Origin: an uncultured Lachnospiraceae bacterium
Lineage (GTDB): Bacteria; Bacillota; Clostridia; Lachnospirales; Lachnospiraceae
DNA: 64,000 nucleotides
Reading direction: 5' to 3'
NCBI GenBank assembly: GCA_900316075.1
Contig: ONBT01000008.1
Coordinates: 664-64,663, forward strand
Both the position numbers and the translations under genes were made by a program. Shown here one piece after another: positions 11,383 to 22,196 of this stretch. Position 1 is the first letter of the stretch, and every line of letters starts with the position of its first letter. Under the pieces are notes generated by a model that was given only the letters and a program-made list of their open reading frames with translations, did not search any database and was not told the origin of the DNA.

Positions 11383-12351
11383 ATGGGTGACAATTATATC
11401 TTTGCCGTCGCACGCATCCGGGTACTGGAGAAGAGCCTGCTGACGGATTCGGATATCGCCCAGATGAGCGGAATGAGTGATGCGGACGCTGTGACGGCCT
11501 ACCTCTCCGACAAGGGCTGGGGCGATGAAAACACCGGCCGGGACCCACAGAAAATGCTGGCTGCCGAGCAGGTGAAGACGGACAAGCTCATCCGGTCTCT
11601 GGGGGTCGGGGATGACATTCTCTCCATCCTCTCGATTTCCCAGGTCTACCACAATCTGAAGACCGCCATCAAGGACGTCTGCGTCGAGGGGGATTCTCCT
11701 TACGCCTACTACGAGCATCCGGTCTACAATGCGAAGTACTTCACGGACATTCTGCAGGAGAAAAACTACCGGGCCCTGCCCGCTGAGATGCAGAAGCCCG
11801 CGGAAGAAGCCATGAACGTCATGCTTGAGCACCACGACGGGCAGAAGTCCGACGTCATCATCGACCGGGCCTGCCTCGACTACATGGAAGCCCGGGCGAA
11901 GAAGTCCAAGTATCCGATTCTCCGGGACTATCTGGAGCGGACCGTGGCAGTCACGGACGTGAAGATTGCTGTCCGTGGTGCGCGGACAGGGAAGACCTAC
12001 GAGTACATCCGCGATGCGCTCGCTCCCTGCCGGACGCTGGACCGGGACATTCTGGCGAAGGCCGCATCCGAGAACGAGGAGTCGCTGCTCAACTACCTCT
12101 CCGGCCACGGCATGGCCGAAGCGGCGGACGCGCTCAAGACTTCCATCACGGCTTTCGAGAAGTGGTGCGACGACAGCATCATCGAGTCAATACGGCCGGA
12201 AAAGACCCATCCCTTCACGATCGGCCCAGTTGTGGCCTTCTATCTCGGGCGCATGAACGAGATTTCCACAGTCCGGGTCCTCCTGACCGCGAAGAAGAAC
12301 GGCTTTCCGGAGGAAGCGGTAAAGGAAAGGGCAAGGCGGATGTATGGATAA
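11383..12351 (+). CDS. atpC: V-type ATP synthase subunit C
   Basis: Start set at MGDNYIFAVARIRVLEKSLL, 5 nt after the atpE stop. The ORF-track N-terminal extension overlaps atpE. Confidence 0.8.
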   Translation: MGDNYIFAVARIRVLEKSLLTDSDIAQMSGMSDADAVTAYLSDKGWGDENTGRDPQKMLAAEQVKTDKLIRSLGVGDDILSILSISQVYHNLKTAIKDVCVEGDSPYAYYEHPVYNAKYFTDILQEKNYRALPAEMQKPAEEAMNVMLEHHDGQKSDVIIDRACLDYMEARAKKSKYPILRDYLERTVAVTDVKIAVRGARTGKTYEYIRDALAPCRTLDRDILAKAASENEESLLNYLSGHGMAEAADALKTSITAFEKWCDDSIIESIRPEKTHPFTIGPVVAFYLGRMNEISTVRVLLTAKKNGFPEEAVKERARRMYG

Positions 12352-12670
12352 GATTTGCGTAGTCGGCGACCGGGATTCCATCTACGGCTTCGCTGCCCTG
12401 GGCCTTTCCATTTTCCCGACGGCGGGGGACCACGAGGAGGACGCAAAGCTCCTCCGGCGGCTGGCCGACGGGGAATACGGCATTATTTATATCACGGAAA
12501 GCTGCGCGGCAGCCCTCTCCGATGTCATCGCTGAATATGCGGAAGATGTTTTCCCCGCCATCATTCAGATTCCCGGTGTCAGCGGAAATACGGGCGCCGG
12601 AATACAGGGCGTGAAGCAGTCGGTCGAAAAGGCGGTCGGAAGCGACATTCTTTTCGGAAACGACGATTGA
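12344..12670 (+). CDS. atpF: V-type ATP synthase subunit F
   Basis: 108 aa (KICVVGDRDSIYGF..GIIYITE) in operon context. Confidence 0.8.
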   Translation: MDKICVVGDRDSIYGFAALGLSIFPTAGDHEEDAKLLRRLADGEYGIIYITESCAAALSDVIAEYAEDVFPAIIQIPGVSGNTGAGIQGVKQSVEKAVGSDILFGNDD

Positions 12671-12690
12671 AATAGGAGGAAACGAAGACT

Positions 12691-14457
12691 TTGAGTACAG
12701 GAGTGATCAAAAAAGTTTCGGGACCGCTTGTCATTGCGTCAGGAATGCGCGATGCCAATATGTACGATGTCGTCCGTGTCAGCAAGGAAAGACTGATCGG
12801 CGAGATCATCGAGATGCACGGTGACGAGGCTTCCATACAGGTATACGAAGAGACATCGGGCCTGGGCCCCGGCGAGCCCGTCGAGTCCATGGAGGTTCCC
12901 CTTTCGGTTGACCTCGGACCCGGCCTGATTGGATCCATCTACGATGGTATCCAGCGGCCCCTGAACGTCATCATGCAGGTGACCGGCACGGACCGCCTGT
13001 CCCGCGGTGTCGAAGTTCCCGCTCTCGACGAGGAAAAGAAGTGGGACTTCGTGGCTACAGCGGCTGTCGGCGACGAGGTTGAAGCCGGTGACATCATCGG
13101 AACTGTCCAGGAGACATCCGTTGTTACACAGAAGATAATGATCCCCTACGGGGTTTCCGGAAAGATCAAGTCGATCCAGTCCGGCTCCTTCAATATCCGC
13201 GAGACCGTAGCGGTCGTTGAGACCGAAAAGGGCGATGTGAATGTCGCCATGGCCCAGAAGTGGCCTGTCCGTAAGGGCCGTCCCTACAAGACCAAGCTCG
13301 CTCCCAACACCCCTCTGATCACCGGTCAGCGTGTCATCGACGGCTTCTTCCCCATCGCCAAGGGCGGTGTTGCCGCGGTTCCCGGACCTTTCGGTTCCGG
13401 TAAGACCGTCATCCAGCACCAGCTGGCCAAGTGGGCCGAGGCCGACATCGTCGTCTACATCGGCTGCGGCGAGCGTGGCAACGAGATGACCGATGTTCTG
13501 AACGAGTTCCCTGAACTGAAGGATCCCAAGACCGGCGAGTCCCTGATGAAGCGGACCATCCTGATCGCAAACACATCGGATATGCCCGTTGCCGCCCGTG
13601 AGGCGTCCATCTACACCGGTATTACGATTGCTGAATACTTCCGCGACATGGGCTATTCGGTAGCCCTGATGGCGGATTCCACCTCCCGCTGGGCTGAGGC
13701 CCTCCGAGAGATGTCCGGCCGACTCGAGGAAATGCCCGGCGAGGAAGGCTACCCGGCCTACCTCTCCAGCCGGCTCGCCCAGTTCTATGAGCGCGCAGGT
13801 CATGTCATTTCGCTCGGCCACGAAGGCAGAGAGGGCTTCCTCTCCGTCATCGGCGCCGTATCGCCTCCCGGCGGTGATATTTCAGAGCCCGTTTCCCAGG
13901 CGACCCTGCGTATCGTCAAGGTCTTCTGGCGTCTGGACGCCGACCTGGCCTACCAGCGGCACTTCCCGGCCATCAACTGGCTGTCCTCCTATTCACTCTA
14001 TCTGGACACGCTGGAGAAGTGGTTCAATGACAATGTCGATGAGGGCTGGATGACCACCCGTCAGCACCTGATGACCTTACTTCAGGAAGAGGCTTCCCTG
14101 AACGAAATCGTGAAGATGGTCGGCATGGACGCCCTGTCGCCTCAGGATCGGCTGAAGATGGAAGCGGCCCGGTCCATCCGTGAGGACTTCCTCCACCAGA
14201 ACTCCTTCGACGACGTCGATACCTATACCTCTATCCGGAAGCAGTTCCGCATGATGCAGCTCGTATATGCTTACTACGACGAGGGCACCAAGGCCCTGGC
14301 TGCCGGAGCGAAGATCGACGACCTTGTCAAACTCCCTGTCCGCGAGGACATCGGCCGTTTCAAGTACACGGTTGAGAAGGACGTCGAATCCCACTACACT
14401 GAAGTTGCCGATGAGCTCGTCCGCGAGGTTGCCGGCCTGACCGGAAAGGAGGACTGA
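12691..14457 (+). CDS. atpA: V-type ATP synthase catalytic subunit A
   Basis: Walker [10 protein letters not shown]. 588 aa, TTG start preceded by aggagga. Confidence 0.95.
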   Translation: MSTGVIKKVSGPLVIASGMRDANMYDVVRVSKERLIGEIIEMHGDEASIQVYEETSGLGPGEPVESMEVPLSVDLGPGLIGSIYDGIQRPLNVIMQVTGTDRLSRGVEVPALDEEKKWDFVATAAVGDEVEAGDIIGTVQETSVVTQKIMIPYGVSGKIKSIQSGSFNIRETVAVVETEKGDVNVAMAQKWPVRKGRPYKTKLAPNTPLITGQRVIDGFFPIAKGGVAAVPGPFGSGKTVIQHQLAKWAEADIVVYIGCGERGNEMTDVLNEFPELKDPKTGESLMKRTILIANTSDMPVAAREASIYTGITIAEYFRDMGYSVALMADSTSRWAEALREMSGRLEEMPGEEGYPAYLSSRLAQFYERAGHVISLGHEGREGFLSVIGAVSPPGGDISEPVSQATLRIVKVFWRLDADLAYQRHFPAINWLSSYSLYLDTLEKWFNDNVDEGWMTTRQHLMTLLQEEASLNEIVKMVGMDALSPQDRLKMEAARSIREDFLHQNSFDDVDTYTSIRKQFRMMQLVYAYYDEGTKALAAGAKIDDLVKLPVREDIGRFKYTVEKDVESHYTEVADELVREVAGLTGKED

Positions 14458-14461
14458 AGAG

Positions 14462-15838
14462 ATGGCGAAAGAATACCGTACCATACAGGAAGTCGCCGGC
14501 CCCCTGATGCTGGTCAGAGGCGTAGAGGATGTCAAGTATAATGAGCTCGCGGAAATCGAGCTCGCCAACGGCGAGGTAAGACGCTGCAAGGTTCTCGAGA
14601 TCGACGGGGGCAACGCCCTGGTTCAGCTCTTCGAGGACTCCACCGGTATCAACCTCTCGAATTCAAAAGTCAGATTTCTCGGCCGCGTGATGGAGCTCGG
14701 CGTATCGGAAGATATGCTGGGCCGTGTCTTCGACGGCATGGGAAATGTCATCGATGACGGACCGGAAATCATCCCGGATAAAAGGATGGATATCAACGGC
14801 CTGCCCATGAACCCCGCCGCCCGGGAGTACCCGTCCGAGTTCATTCAGACCGGTATCTCCGCCATCGACGGCCTGAACACCCTGGTCCGGGGCCAGAAGC
14901 TGCCTATTTTCTCGGCTTCCGGTCTGCCCCACGCCCAGCTGGCTGCTCAGATTGCCCGTCAGGCAAAGGTCCGCGGCAAGGATGAGAAATTCGCCGTAGT
15001 ATTTGCCGCCATGGGCATTACCTTCGAGGAAGCGAACTTCTTCGAGCAGTCCTTCCGTGAAACAGGCGCCATCGACCGTACGGTTCTTTTCCTGAACCTG
15101 GCAAACGACCCGGCCGTAGAGCGAATTTCCACGCCCCGTATGGCCCTGACCGCCGCTGAATATCTGGCTTTCGAGAAGGGCATGCATGTCCTGGTAATCC
15201 TTACCGATATCACGAACTACGCAGATTCCCTGCGTGAGGTTTCCGCCGCCCGGAAGGAAGTTCCCGGCCGCCGCGGCTATCCCGGCTACATGTACACGGA
15301 CCTTGCGACATTGTATGAGCGTGCCGGCCGTATGAAGGGGCGGCCCGGTTCCATTACAATGATCCCGATCCTGACCATGCCCGAGGATGACAAGACCCAC
15401 CCCATCCCCGACCTTACGGGATACATCACAGAGGGACAGATCATCCTGTCCCGTGAGCTTTACCAGAAGGGCATCCAGCCGCCGGTTGACGTTCTGCCTT
15501 CCCTGTCCCGTCTGAAGGACAAGGGTATCGGCGAGGGCAAGACCCGGAAGGACCACGCCGCCACCATGAACCAGCTCTTTGCCGCATACGCACGAGGCAA
15601 GGACGCGAAGGAGCTCATGGTCATCCTCGGCGAGGCCGCCCTGACAGAGACCGACCTCCTCTACGCGAAGTTCGCTGACGAGTTCGAGAAGCGCTACGTT
15701 TCCCAGGGCTACGACACAGACCGCAGCATCGAGGAAACCCTCGAAATCGGCTGGGATCTGCTCCGCCTGCTTCCTCGGTCGGAATTGAAACGTATCCCCG
15801 ATGCGATGCTGGACGAATATTACGAAAAGAAGGATTGA
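14462..15838 (+). CDS. atpB: V-type ATP synthase subunit B
   Basis: 458 aa with typical B-subunit sequence ([22 protein letters not shown]). Confidence 0.95.
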   Translation: MAKEYRTIQEVAGPLMLVRGVEDVKYNELAEIELANGEVRRCKVLEIDGGNALVQLFEDSTGINLSNSKVRFLGRVMELGVSEDMLGRVFDGMGNVIDDGPEIIPDKRMDINGLPMNPAAREYPSEFIQTGISAIDGLNTLVRGQKLPIFSASGLPHAQLAAQIARQAKVRGKDEKFAVVFAAMGITFEEANFFEQSFRETGAIDRTVLFLNLANDPAVERISTPRMALTAAEYLAFEKGMHVLVILTDITNYADSLREVSAARKEVPGRRGYPGYMYTDLATLYERAGRMKGRPGSITMIPILTMPEDDKTHPIPDLTGYITEGQIILSRELYQKGIQPPVDVLPSLSRLKDKGIGEGKTRKDHAATMNQLFAAYARGKDAKELMVILGEAALTETDLLYAKFADEFEKRYVSQGYDTDRSIEETLEIGWDLLRLLPRSELKRIPDAMLDEYYEKKD

Positions 15839-15953
15839 GAGGTACATGGGGACTGCCAATAAGGGGACTGGCTCCCTACGCCGCACATTTGCGTGGCGAA
15901 GGTGCCTGTCCCCGGTTTGTAACCGTGTACTGAATGCCGAAAGGATATAACCT

Positions 15954-16631
15954 ATGGCATCTGTAAACGTAAATCCCACCCGGATGGAGCTGACCCGCCT
16001 GAAGAAGAAGCTGGCGACGGCCGTCAAGGGCCACCGCCTCCTCAAGGACAAGCGGGACGAGCTCATGCGCCAGTTCCTGGACCTGGTGCGGGAAGACATG
16101 GAGCTTCGAAAGAAGGTTGAAAAAGGCCTGGCCGACGCGAACCGGGAATTTGTCCTGGCCCGGTCCGGCATGGACGAGCAGACCCTGTCCGAAGCCCTGA
16201 TGGCGCCCAAGCAGGAAGTATACCTGAAGAAAAGCACGAAAAACGTCATGTCCGTCGACATCCCGGTTTTCGACTATGAGACGAGAACCCCGGACGAAAA
16301 CGACATGTACTCCTACGGCTTCGCTTTCACGTCGAGCGATCTGGACGGGGCGGTATCTTCGCTTTCCGAGGTCTTCAAGGACATGCTGAAGCTGGCCGAG
16401 GTCGAAAAGTCCTGTCAGCTGATGAGCGCGGAGATTGAGAAGACGAGACGCCGTGTCAACGCTCTGGAGCATGTCATTATTCCTGAGACACAGGAGGGCA
16501 TCCGCTACATCACGATGAAGCTGGACGAGAACGAGCGCTCGACCCAGGTGCGGCTCATGAAGGTCAAGGACATGATGCTGAACGAGGCCCACGGCTACGA
16601 CGAGAAGCTGAAGGCGCCCGTGGAAGAATAG
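15954..16631 (+). CDS. atpD: V-type ATP synthase subunit D
   Basis: 225 aa (NPTRMELTRLKKKL, HRLLKDKRDEL). Confidence 0.9.
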   Translation: MASVNVNPTRMELTRLKKKLATAVKGHRLLKDKRDELMRQFLDLVREDMELRKKVEKGLADANREFVLARSGMDEQTLSEALMAPKQEVYLKKSTKNVMSVDIPVFDYETRTPDENDMYSYGFAFTSSDLDGAVSSLSEVFKDMLKLAEVEKSCQLMSAEIEKTRRRVNALEHVIIPETQEGIRYITMKLDENERSTQVRLMKVKDMMLNEAHGYDEKLKAPVEE

Positions 16632-16649
16632 TAATGGCAAGGTGAACCA

Positions 16650-16892
16650 ATGCAGGTAGACAACAATCTGTCAAACAGAGACCGGGTGGACGACATCCGG
16701 ATGGAAATTGAAAAGCTGGACAAGCAGATTGAGGAGCACGAGAACGAAATCCGCCGGCTGAAGAACGACAAGGGGGCCCTGATGAAAGAGATGGGCAGCC
16801 TCATGGATTCGAAGACCGAGGAGACGCTTCTGAATGCGGTCTACGAGCAGCGGAAAATCATGCGGGAACGGGCCCAGAAGGGCAAGCAGTAG
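16650..16892 (+). CDS. hypothetical small coiled-coil protein at the operon tail
   Basis: 80-aa charged helical ORF with no recognisable family. Confidence 0.4.
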   Translation: MQVDNNLSNRDRVDDIRMEIEKLDKQIEEHENEIRRLKNDKGALMKEMGSLMDSKTEETLLNAVYEQRKIMRERAQKGKQ

Positions 16893-16919
16893 GCTCCTGA
16901 AGAGATATGAGAATAATAT

Positions 16920-16950
16920 AAGCGGCGCGGGCTTTTTGCCCGCGCCGCTT
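16920..16950. terminator. bidirectional rho-independent terminator between the ATPase operon and greA
   Basis: Stem aagcggcgcgggc, loop ttttt, stem gcccgcgccgctt, with A/T-rich flanks on both sides. Confidence 0.75.
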
Positions 16951-16954
16951 GGCG

Positions 16955-17455
16955 TCAGAAGGAACGGATTGCTTCGTCTTCCGACCCACCCTGTTTGATT
17001 TCTTTGATGACCACGTCGTAGGAGACGGAGTCATTGACGTGGACCGTGCAGGTATCGCCGACACTGTGGCCCCGGATGGCCTTGCCCACCGGGCTTTCAA
17101 TGGAGATGCGGTTTTCGAGGGAGTTGGCCCGGATACTGGTGACCAGCTTATAATCCTCGGTCAGGTCGTCCTCGGGGAAGTAGAGGGTGACCGTATCGTC
17201 CATGCCGACTTTTCCTTCGACTGAAGTGTCGTCGATGATGGTGGCGTTTTTCAGCATGTTCTCGAGGTAGCGGATGCGGGACTCGTTCCGGTTCTTGGCC
17301 CCCTTGGCCTCGTGGTATTCGAAGTTCTCGGACAGGTCCCCTTGGGCCCGGGTTTCCTTCACTTCCGCGATGAGCTCGGGGCGCTTGTTGAACTTCCGGT
17401 CGTCAATTTCGGCCTGGATTTTTTCCACATCCTTTTTTGTTAAACGTTCTCCCAT
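16955..17455 (-). CDS. greA: transcription elongation factor GreA
   Basis: MGERLTKKDVEKIQAEID..GDLSENFEYHEAK. Start set at Met45 of the ORF-track frame. Confidence 0.9.
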   Translation of the reverse strand: MGERLTKKDVEKIQAEIDDRKFNKRPELIAEVKETRAQGDLSENFEYHEAKGAKNRNESRIRYLENMLKNATIIDDTSVEGKVGMDDTVTLYFPEDDLTEDYKLVTSIRANSLENRISIESPVGKAIRGHSVGDTCTVHVNDSVSYDVVIKEIKQGGSEDEAIRSF

Positions 17456-17606
17456 TACAATCCCTTCTGTTTGTAGATTCCTAAAATATGAAAAGTCTGT
17501 AAACTCGGCTATGTCCGGCGGACAATGTGTTATAATACCACAATCTGCGGGCTCTGTCCGGATTTTTTCGGGCAGCAGACGAAACATAGGAAGGATATTA
17601 TTCTCA

Positions 17607-19382
17607 ATGGCAATTATGAAAAAACTGGCCGGCTACATCCGGGGCTTCTGGAAGGACACGATCCTGACCCCTATCTTCATGCTGGGTGAGGTCGTGGTCG
17701 AAATGATCATCCCCCTGCTGATGGCCCGGATCATCGACGACGGAGTTTACGGCCGGGATATGGATACGATAGTGAAGGTCGGAATCATCATGGCTTGCTG
17801 CGCCGGAGCCGGCCTCTTTTTCGGGGTCATGGGCGGCAAGTACGGGGCTTCGGCTTCGACGGGCTTTGCGAAGAACCTGCGCCAGGCCGAGTTCGAGTCA
17901 ATCCAGAAGTATTCCTTCAAGAATATCGACAAGTTCTCGTCGGCGTCCCTGATTACAAGGCTGACGACCGACGTCACGAACCTGCAGAACGCTTTCCAGA
18001 TGCTGATCCGCATGGGCATGCGGGCCCCGGCCTCCCTGATCGTGGCCATGGTCCTGTCCCTGTCCATCTCCCCGAGGCTGTCGATGGTCTATCTTTTCGC
18101 GGTCATCGTCATCGCGATATTCATCTTTTTCATGTCCGGCGCGGCCCAGCGGATTTTCAACGAGGTCTTCAAAAAGTACGATGACCTGAACGCCTCGGTC
18201 GGGGAGAATGTCTCCGGCATCCGGGTAGTCAAGGCCTACGTCAAGGAAGACTACGAGAAGAAGCGCTTCCACAAGGCCAATGAGAACCTCTACCACATGT
18301 TTATCAAGGCCGAGAAGCTCATGGTGGTCGCCATGCCCATCATGCAGGCGGCGGTCTATGCCTGCATTCTGGCTATTTCATGGTTCGGCGCCCGGATGAT
18401 CGTCCTCTCCGGCGGCAGCGAGCTTACGACCGGAAACCTCATGTCCATGCTTACCTACTGCATGAACATCCTGATGTCCCTCATGATGTTTGCCATGGTC
18501 ATCGTCATGATCCTGATGTCCACGGCTTCGGCCAAGCGAATCGTCGAAGTCCTCGACGAGGAACCGGATATCAAGAACCCGGACAAACCCCTGATGGAAG
18601 TGGAAGACGGCAGTGTCTCATTCAAGAACGTGGAGTTTTCGTACTTCGACAAGTATGAGGAACCCGTCCTGAAAAATATTAATATAGATATCCCCGCAGG
18701 TTCGACCGTGGGCATCATCGGCCCGACCGGGTCGGGAAAGACGACTCTGGTGAACCTCCTGTCCCGCCTCTATGACGTGAACGGGGGCTCGGTCGAGGTC
18801 GGCGGCCACGACGTGCGGGAGTACGACATCAGGACCCTGCGGGATTCCGTTTCCGTCGTACTGCAGAAGAATGTATTATTCTCGGGCTCTATCTACGACA
18901 ACCTCCGCTGGGGGGACAAGAATGCCACGGACGAGGAATGTCAGCGGGCGGCCAAGCTGGCCTGCGCCGACGAGTTCATCGACCGGATGCCCGACGGCTA
19001 CGACACCTGGATTGAGCAGGGCGGGACCAATGTCTCCGGCGGCCAGCGCCAGCGGCTCTGCATCGCCCGGGCCCTGATGAAGAAGCCCAAGGTCCTGGTG
19101 CTTGATGACTCTACCTCCGCCGTCGATACGGCGACGGACGCGAAGATTCGCCGGGCCTTCCGGGACGAGATTCCGGGAACCACGAAATTCATTATCGCCC
19201 AGCGGATTTCCTCCGTGCAGGATGCCGACATGATTCTCATCATGGACGACGGAAAAATTGCGGCAAGGGGAACCCATGAGGAGCTTCTGAAGACCAGCGA
19301 AATGTACCGAGAGCTCTACGAATCCCAGACGGGACAGGGTTCCGGAGACTTTGATAAGACTGCAGGAAAGGAGGGTGAGTGA
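17607..19382 (+). CDS. ABC transporter permease/ATP-binding protein (exporter half-transporter)
   Basis: Six-TM domain followed by Walker A GPTGSGKTT, signature VSGGQRQR and Walker B VLVLDD. Start set at MAIMKKLAGY. Confidence 0.9.
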   Translation: MAIMKKLAGYIRGFWKDTILTPIFMLGEVVVEMIIPLLMARIIDDGVYGRDMDTIVKVGIIMACCAGAGLFFGVMGGKYGASASTGFAKNLRQAEFESIQKYSFKNIDKFSSASLITRLTTDVTNLQNAFQMLIRMGMRAPASLIVAMVLSLSISPRLSMVYLFAVIVIAIFIFFMSGAAQRIFNEVFKKYDDLNASVGENVSGIRVVKAYVKEDYEKKRFHKANENLYHMFIKAEKLMVVAMPIMQAAVYACILAISWFGARMIVLSGGSELTTGNLMSMLTYCMNILMSLMMFAMVIVMILMSTASAKRIVEVLDEEPDIKNPDKPLMEVEDGSVSFKNVEFSYFDKYEEPVLKNINIDIPAGSTVGIIGPTGSGKTTLVNLLSRLYDVNGGSVEVGGHDVREYDIRTLRDSVSVVLQKNVLFSGSIYDNLRWGDKNATDEECQRAAKLACADEFIDRMPDGYDTWIEQGGTNVSGGQRQRLCIARALMKKPKVLVLDDSTSAVDTATDAKIRRAFRDEIPGTTKFIIAQRISSVQDADMILIMDDGKIAARGTHEELLKTSEMYRELYESQTGQGSGDFDKTAGKEGE

Positions 19383-19383
19383 T

Positions 19384-21294
19384 ATGCCGGGACCCGGAAG
19401 AAGAAACGGCCGCAGGGCCAGCAAAGAAGACAGGGCGAAGGCGGGCGTAGTCATGAAGCGCCTGTTCGCATACCTCTTTAAACATTATTCTATTCAACTG
19501 ATCTTTGTATTCGTCGGCATCATCGTGTCCGTCCTGGCCAATGTCCAGGGGACCATGTTCATGCAGACCCTGATCGATTCCTACATCACGCCCATGCTGA
19601 AGGAGGGCTCCACGGACTTCGGCCCGTTGCTTTCTGCCATCGGCCGGGTGGCCTTGTTCTACTGCATCGGCATCGGCTCGACCCTGGCCTACAATTACAT
19701 CATGATCTATGTGTCCCAGGGGACTCTCCGGGACTTTCGTGACCAATTATTCTCAAAGATGGAGTCCCTGCCGATCCGGTATTTCGACACACATGCCCAC
19801 GGGGACATCATGTCGGTTTACACCAATGATATCGATACCCTGCGGCAGATGATCAGTCAGTCGATCCCGCAGATCATCAATGCGGGCTTCACGGTCGTCT
19901 CGGTGCTCGTGTCTATGTTCATCCTGAACGTGCCCCTGACCCTGATCACCCTGGCAATGACCGGCATCAATATCTTCGCCACGGCCAAGCTGGCCAGCCG
20001 GTCCGGGGTCAACTTCACCAAGCAGCAGAATGCTATCGCCAAGGTCAACGCCGAAATCGAAGAGACCATGAACGGGCAGAAGGTGGTCAAGGTCTTCAAC
20101 CACGAGGAGGAGACGACAGAAGACTTCCGCAAGCTGAACGACGACCTCTTCGAGGCGGCGAATGCGGCTAATACCTACGCGAACGTCCTGGGGCCCGTTA
20201 ACTCCCAGGTCGGCAACCTCTCTTATGTCATCGTCGCCATGGCCGGGGGAGCGCTCGCCCTGTCCGGAATGGCAGGATTGACCGTCGGAAAGCTCGCTTC
20301 CTTCCTGACTTTCAACCGCTCCTTCATCATGCCCATCATGCAGGTTTCCCAGCAGTTCAACTTCATCATCATGGCCATGGCGGGCTCCCAGCGGATCTTC
20401 GACCTCCTGGACCAGGAGCCGGAGACCGACGAGGGCTATGTCACCCTGGTGAACTCGACGAAGGACGAGGCCGGGAACATTGTGGAGAGTGCGGAAAGGA
20501 CCGGCCACTGGGCCTGGAAGCACTACCACGCCGCGGACAATACCACGACCTATCAGCCCCTGACCGGGGACGTGGTCTTCGACGACGTGAACTTCTCCTA
20601 CGTGCCTGAGAAGCAGATTCTGTACGATATCCGAATTCACGCAGAGCCGGGCCAGAAGATTGCCTTCGTCGGGGCCACCGGCGCCGGCAAGACGACCATC
20701 ACGAACCTCATCAACCGCTTCTACGACGTGGAAGACGGGAAGATCCGCTACGACGGCATCAATGTAAACAAGATCAAAAAGGACGACCTCCGCCACTCCC
20801 TGGGCATTGTCCTGCAGGACACCCACCTCTTCACCGGCACCGTCGCAGACAATATCCGCTTCGGCAAGGAGAACGCCACCGACGAGGAAGTCATTGCCGC
20901 AGCGAAACTGGCCAACGCCGACGGCTTCATCCGCCGCCTGCCCGACGGCTACGACACGGTCCTGACCGGAGACGGGGGCAGCCTGTCCCAGGGCCAGCGG
21001 CAGCTGCTTTCGATTGCAAGGGCCGCCATCGCCGACCCGCCAGTCCTGATTCTCGATGAGGCGACCAGCTCCATCGATACCCACACGGAGCGCTTGGTGC
21101 AGGAGGGCATGGACCGTCTGATGTCCGGCCGGACCACCTTCGTCATCGCTCATCGTCTGTCGACGATTCGCAATTCAGACTGCATCATGGTCCTGGACCA
21201 GGGCCGCATCATCGAGCGCGGAAGCCACGACGAACTCATGAAGCAGCAGGGCCGCTACTACCAGCTCTACACCGGCAAAGTTGTGAATGCGTGA
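19384..21294 (+). CDS. ABC transporter permease/ATP-binding protein (heterodimer partner)
   Basis: GATGAGKTT, LSQGQRQL and ILILDE motifs. Starts 1 nt after the preceding stop. Confidence 0.9.
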   Translation: MPGPGRRNGRRASKEDRAKAGVVMKRLFAYLFKHYSIQLIFVFVGIIVSVLANVQGTMFMQTLIDSYITPMLKEGSTDFGPLLSAIGRVALFYCIGIGSTLAYNYIMIYVSQGTLRDFRDQLFSKMESLPIRYFDTHAHGDIMSVYTNDIDTLRQMISQSIPQIINAGFTVVSVLVSMFILNVPLTLITLAMTGINIFATAKLASRSGVNFTKQQNAIAKVNAEIEETMNGQKVVKVFNHEEETTEDFRKLNDDLFEAANAANTYANVLGPVNSQVGNLSYVIVAMAGGALALSGMAGLTVGKLASFLTFNRSFIMPIMQVSQQFNFIIMAMAGSQRIFDLLDQEPETDEGYVTLVNSTKDEAGNIVESAERTGHWAWKHYHAADNTTTYQPLTGDVVFDDVNFSYVPEKQILYDIRIHAEPGQKIAFVGATGAGKTTITNLINRFYDVEDGKIRYDGINVNKIKKDDLRHSLGIVLQDTHLFTGTVADNIRFGKENATDEEVIAAAKLANADGFIRRLPDGYDTVLTGDGGSLSQGQRQLLSIARAAIADPPVLILDEATSSIDTHTERLVQEGMDRLMSGRTTFVIAHRLSTIRNSDCIMVLDQGRIIERGSHDELMKQQGRYYQLYTGKVVNA

Positions 21295-21357
21295 GGGAAG
21301 TGTTATTATAAGCCGGATTTCGGGTTCACAAAACTTTGCACAATAGGAAGGAAAATC

Positions 21358-21933
21358 ATGGAAAACTCTGTGTCCACGAACAAGAAGAAAATCCTCACGG
21401 TGAAGAACATCGCCCAGATCGCCCTGGCAGCGGCCATCATCTGTGTTCTCGGGCCCCTTTCGATTCCCATCGGCCCGGTCCCCGTCTCCCTGACCCCCTT
21501 CGCCGTATACCTTGCGGTCGTCGTGCTCGGTAAGTACCGGGGCACTATCGCCACCCTCGTATACCTGCTCATCGGCCTGGCCGGCGTGCCCGTATTCTCC
21601 GGCTTCTCCGGCGGCCCCGCAAAACTCTTCGGACCCACCGGCGGCTACCTCGTCACCTTCTTCATCACGGCCTTCATCGCCGGCATCTTCTGCGACAAGT
21701 TCGAGAAGTTCTGGCCCTGCTTCCTGGGATGTCTCCTGGGTCTGGCCGTCCTCTATTTCGTCGGCACCGTCTGGTTCATGGTCGGCATGTCCATGGCCGA
21801 CAAGGCAATGGGCCTCTGGGCATCCCTGATGGCCTGCGTCATCCCCTTCGTCCCCTTCGACTGCGTGAAGATCGCCCTGGCCATCATCCTGGGCAAGAAG
21901 ATCCGCGGCGCCCTGAACAAGGCGGATATCTGA
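21358..21933 (+). CDS. bioY: biotin transporter BioY
   Basis: 191-aa multi-TM protein with GPLSIPIGPVPVSLTPFAV and GPTGGYL motifs. Confidence 0.85.
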   Translation: MENSVSTNKKKILTVKNIAQIALAAAIICVLGPLSIPIGPVPVSLTPFAVYLAVVVLGKYRGTIATLVYLLIGLAGVPVFSGFSGGPAKLFGPTGGYLVTFFITAFIAGIFCDKFEKFWPCFLGCLLGLAVLYFVGTVWFMVGMSMADKAMGLWASLMACVIPFVPFDCVKIALAIILGKKIRGALNKADI

Positions 21934-21949
21934 AATTTCTGATTGCGGG

Positions 21950-21979
21950 TTGACAAGCCGCGCCGGAGGGTGCTACATT
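21950..21979 (+). promoter_or_regulatory. sigma-A type promoter with extended -10 (RNA copy 1)
   Basis: TTGACA (21950-55), 15-nt spacer, TGC, TACATT (21974-79). The same architecture is kept in copy 2. Confidence 0.55.
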
Positions 21980-21985
21980 GAAATC

Positions 21986-22196
21986 GCCAGGAGAGAAATC
22001 TCCTCCTGCCTCGGCAGGACACATCGCGTAAGGAGCGCGCGTTCGTAGAACTGGCTACGTTATAAACGATCCGGCACCCCACGAGGTGGCTTAACCTCGC
22101 ATGGAAGTGGAAGGCTTCACAATTGGGTGGGACGCACCTAAACGAAACCAGGAAATTACTTGTAAAAGACCTTGCTATTCGGCAGGGTCTTTTTCA
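21986..22196 (+). ncRNA. unclassified structured RNA, copy 1 (stand-alone, own promoter and terminator)
   Basis: Non-coding with several hairpins (CGCGU-AAGGA-GCGCG, CGUAG-AACUGG-CUACG, CGAGGU-GGCUUA-ACCUCG, GGUG-N5-CACC). Paralogous to the reverse complement of 22908-23073. Confidence 0.55.
22165..22196. terminator. rho-independent terminator shared by RNA copy 1 and the convergent nuclease-like ORF
   Basis: aaaagaccttgc-tattc-ggcagggtcttttt. The hairpin overlaps the 3' end of the minus-strand ORF. Confidence 0.7.

Noticed and set aside
21986-22150. T-box riboswitch call for the duplicated RNA, based on AAUUGGGUGG, an AGAGA element and ACGUUA resembling the T-box, AG-box and F-box words.
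   Set aside because: The 3' half of the T-box (..UACCGCG) is absent. I could not identify a Stem I with a specifier loop or a canonical antiterminator overlapping the terminator. The downstream gene is not amino-acid related. Left as unclassified pending cmscan.
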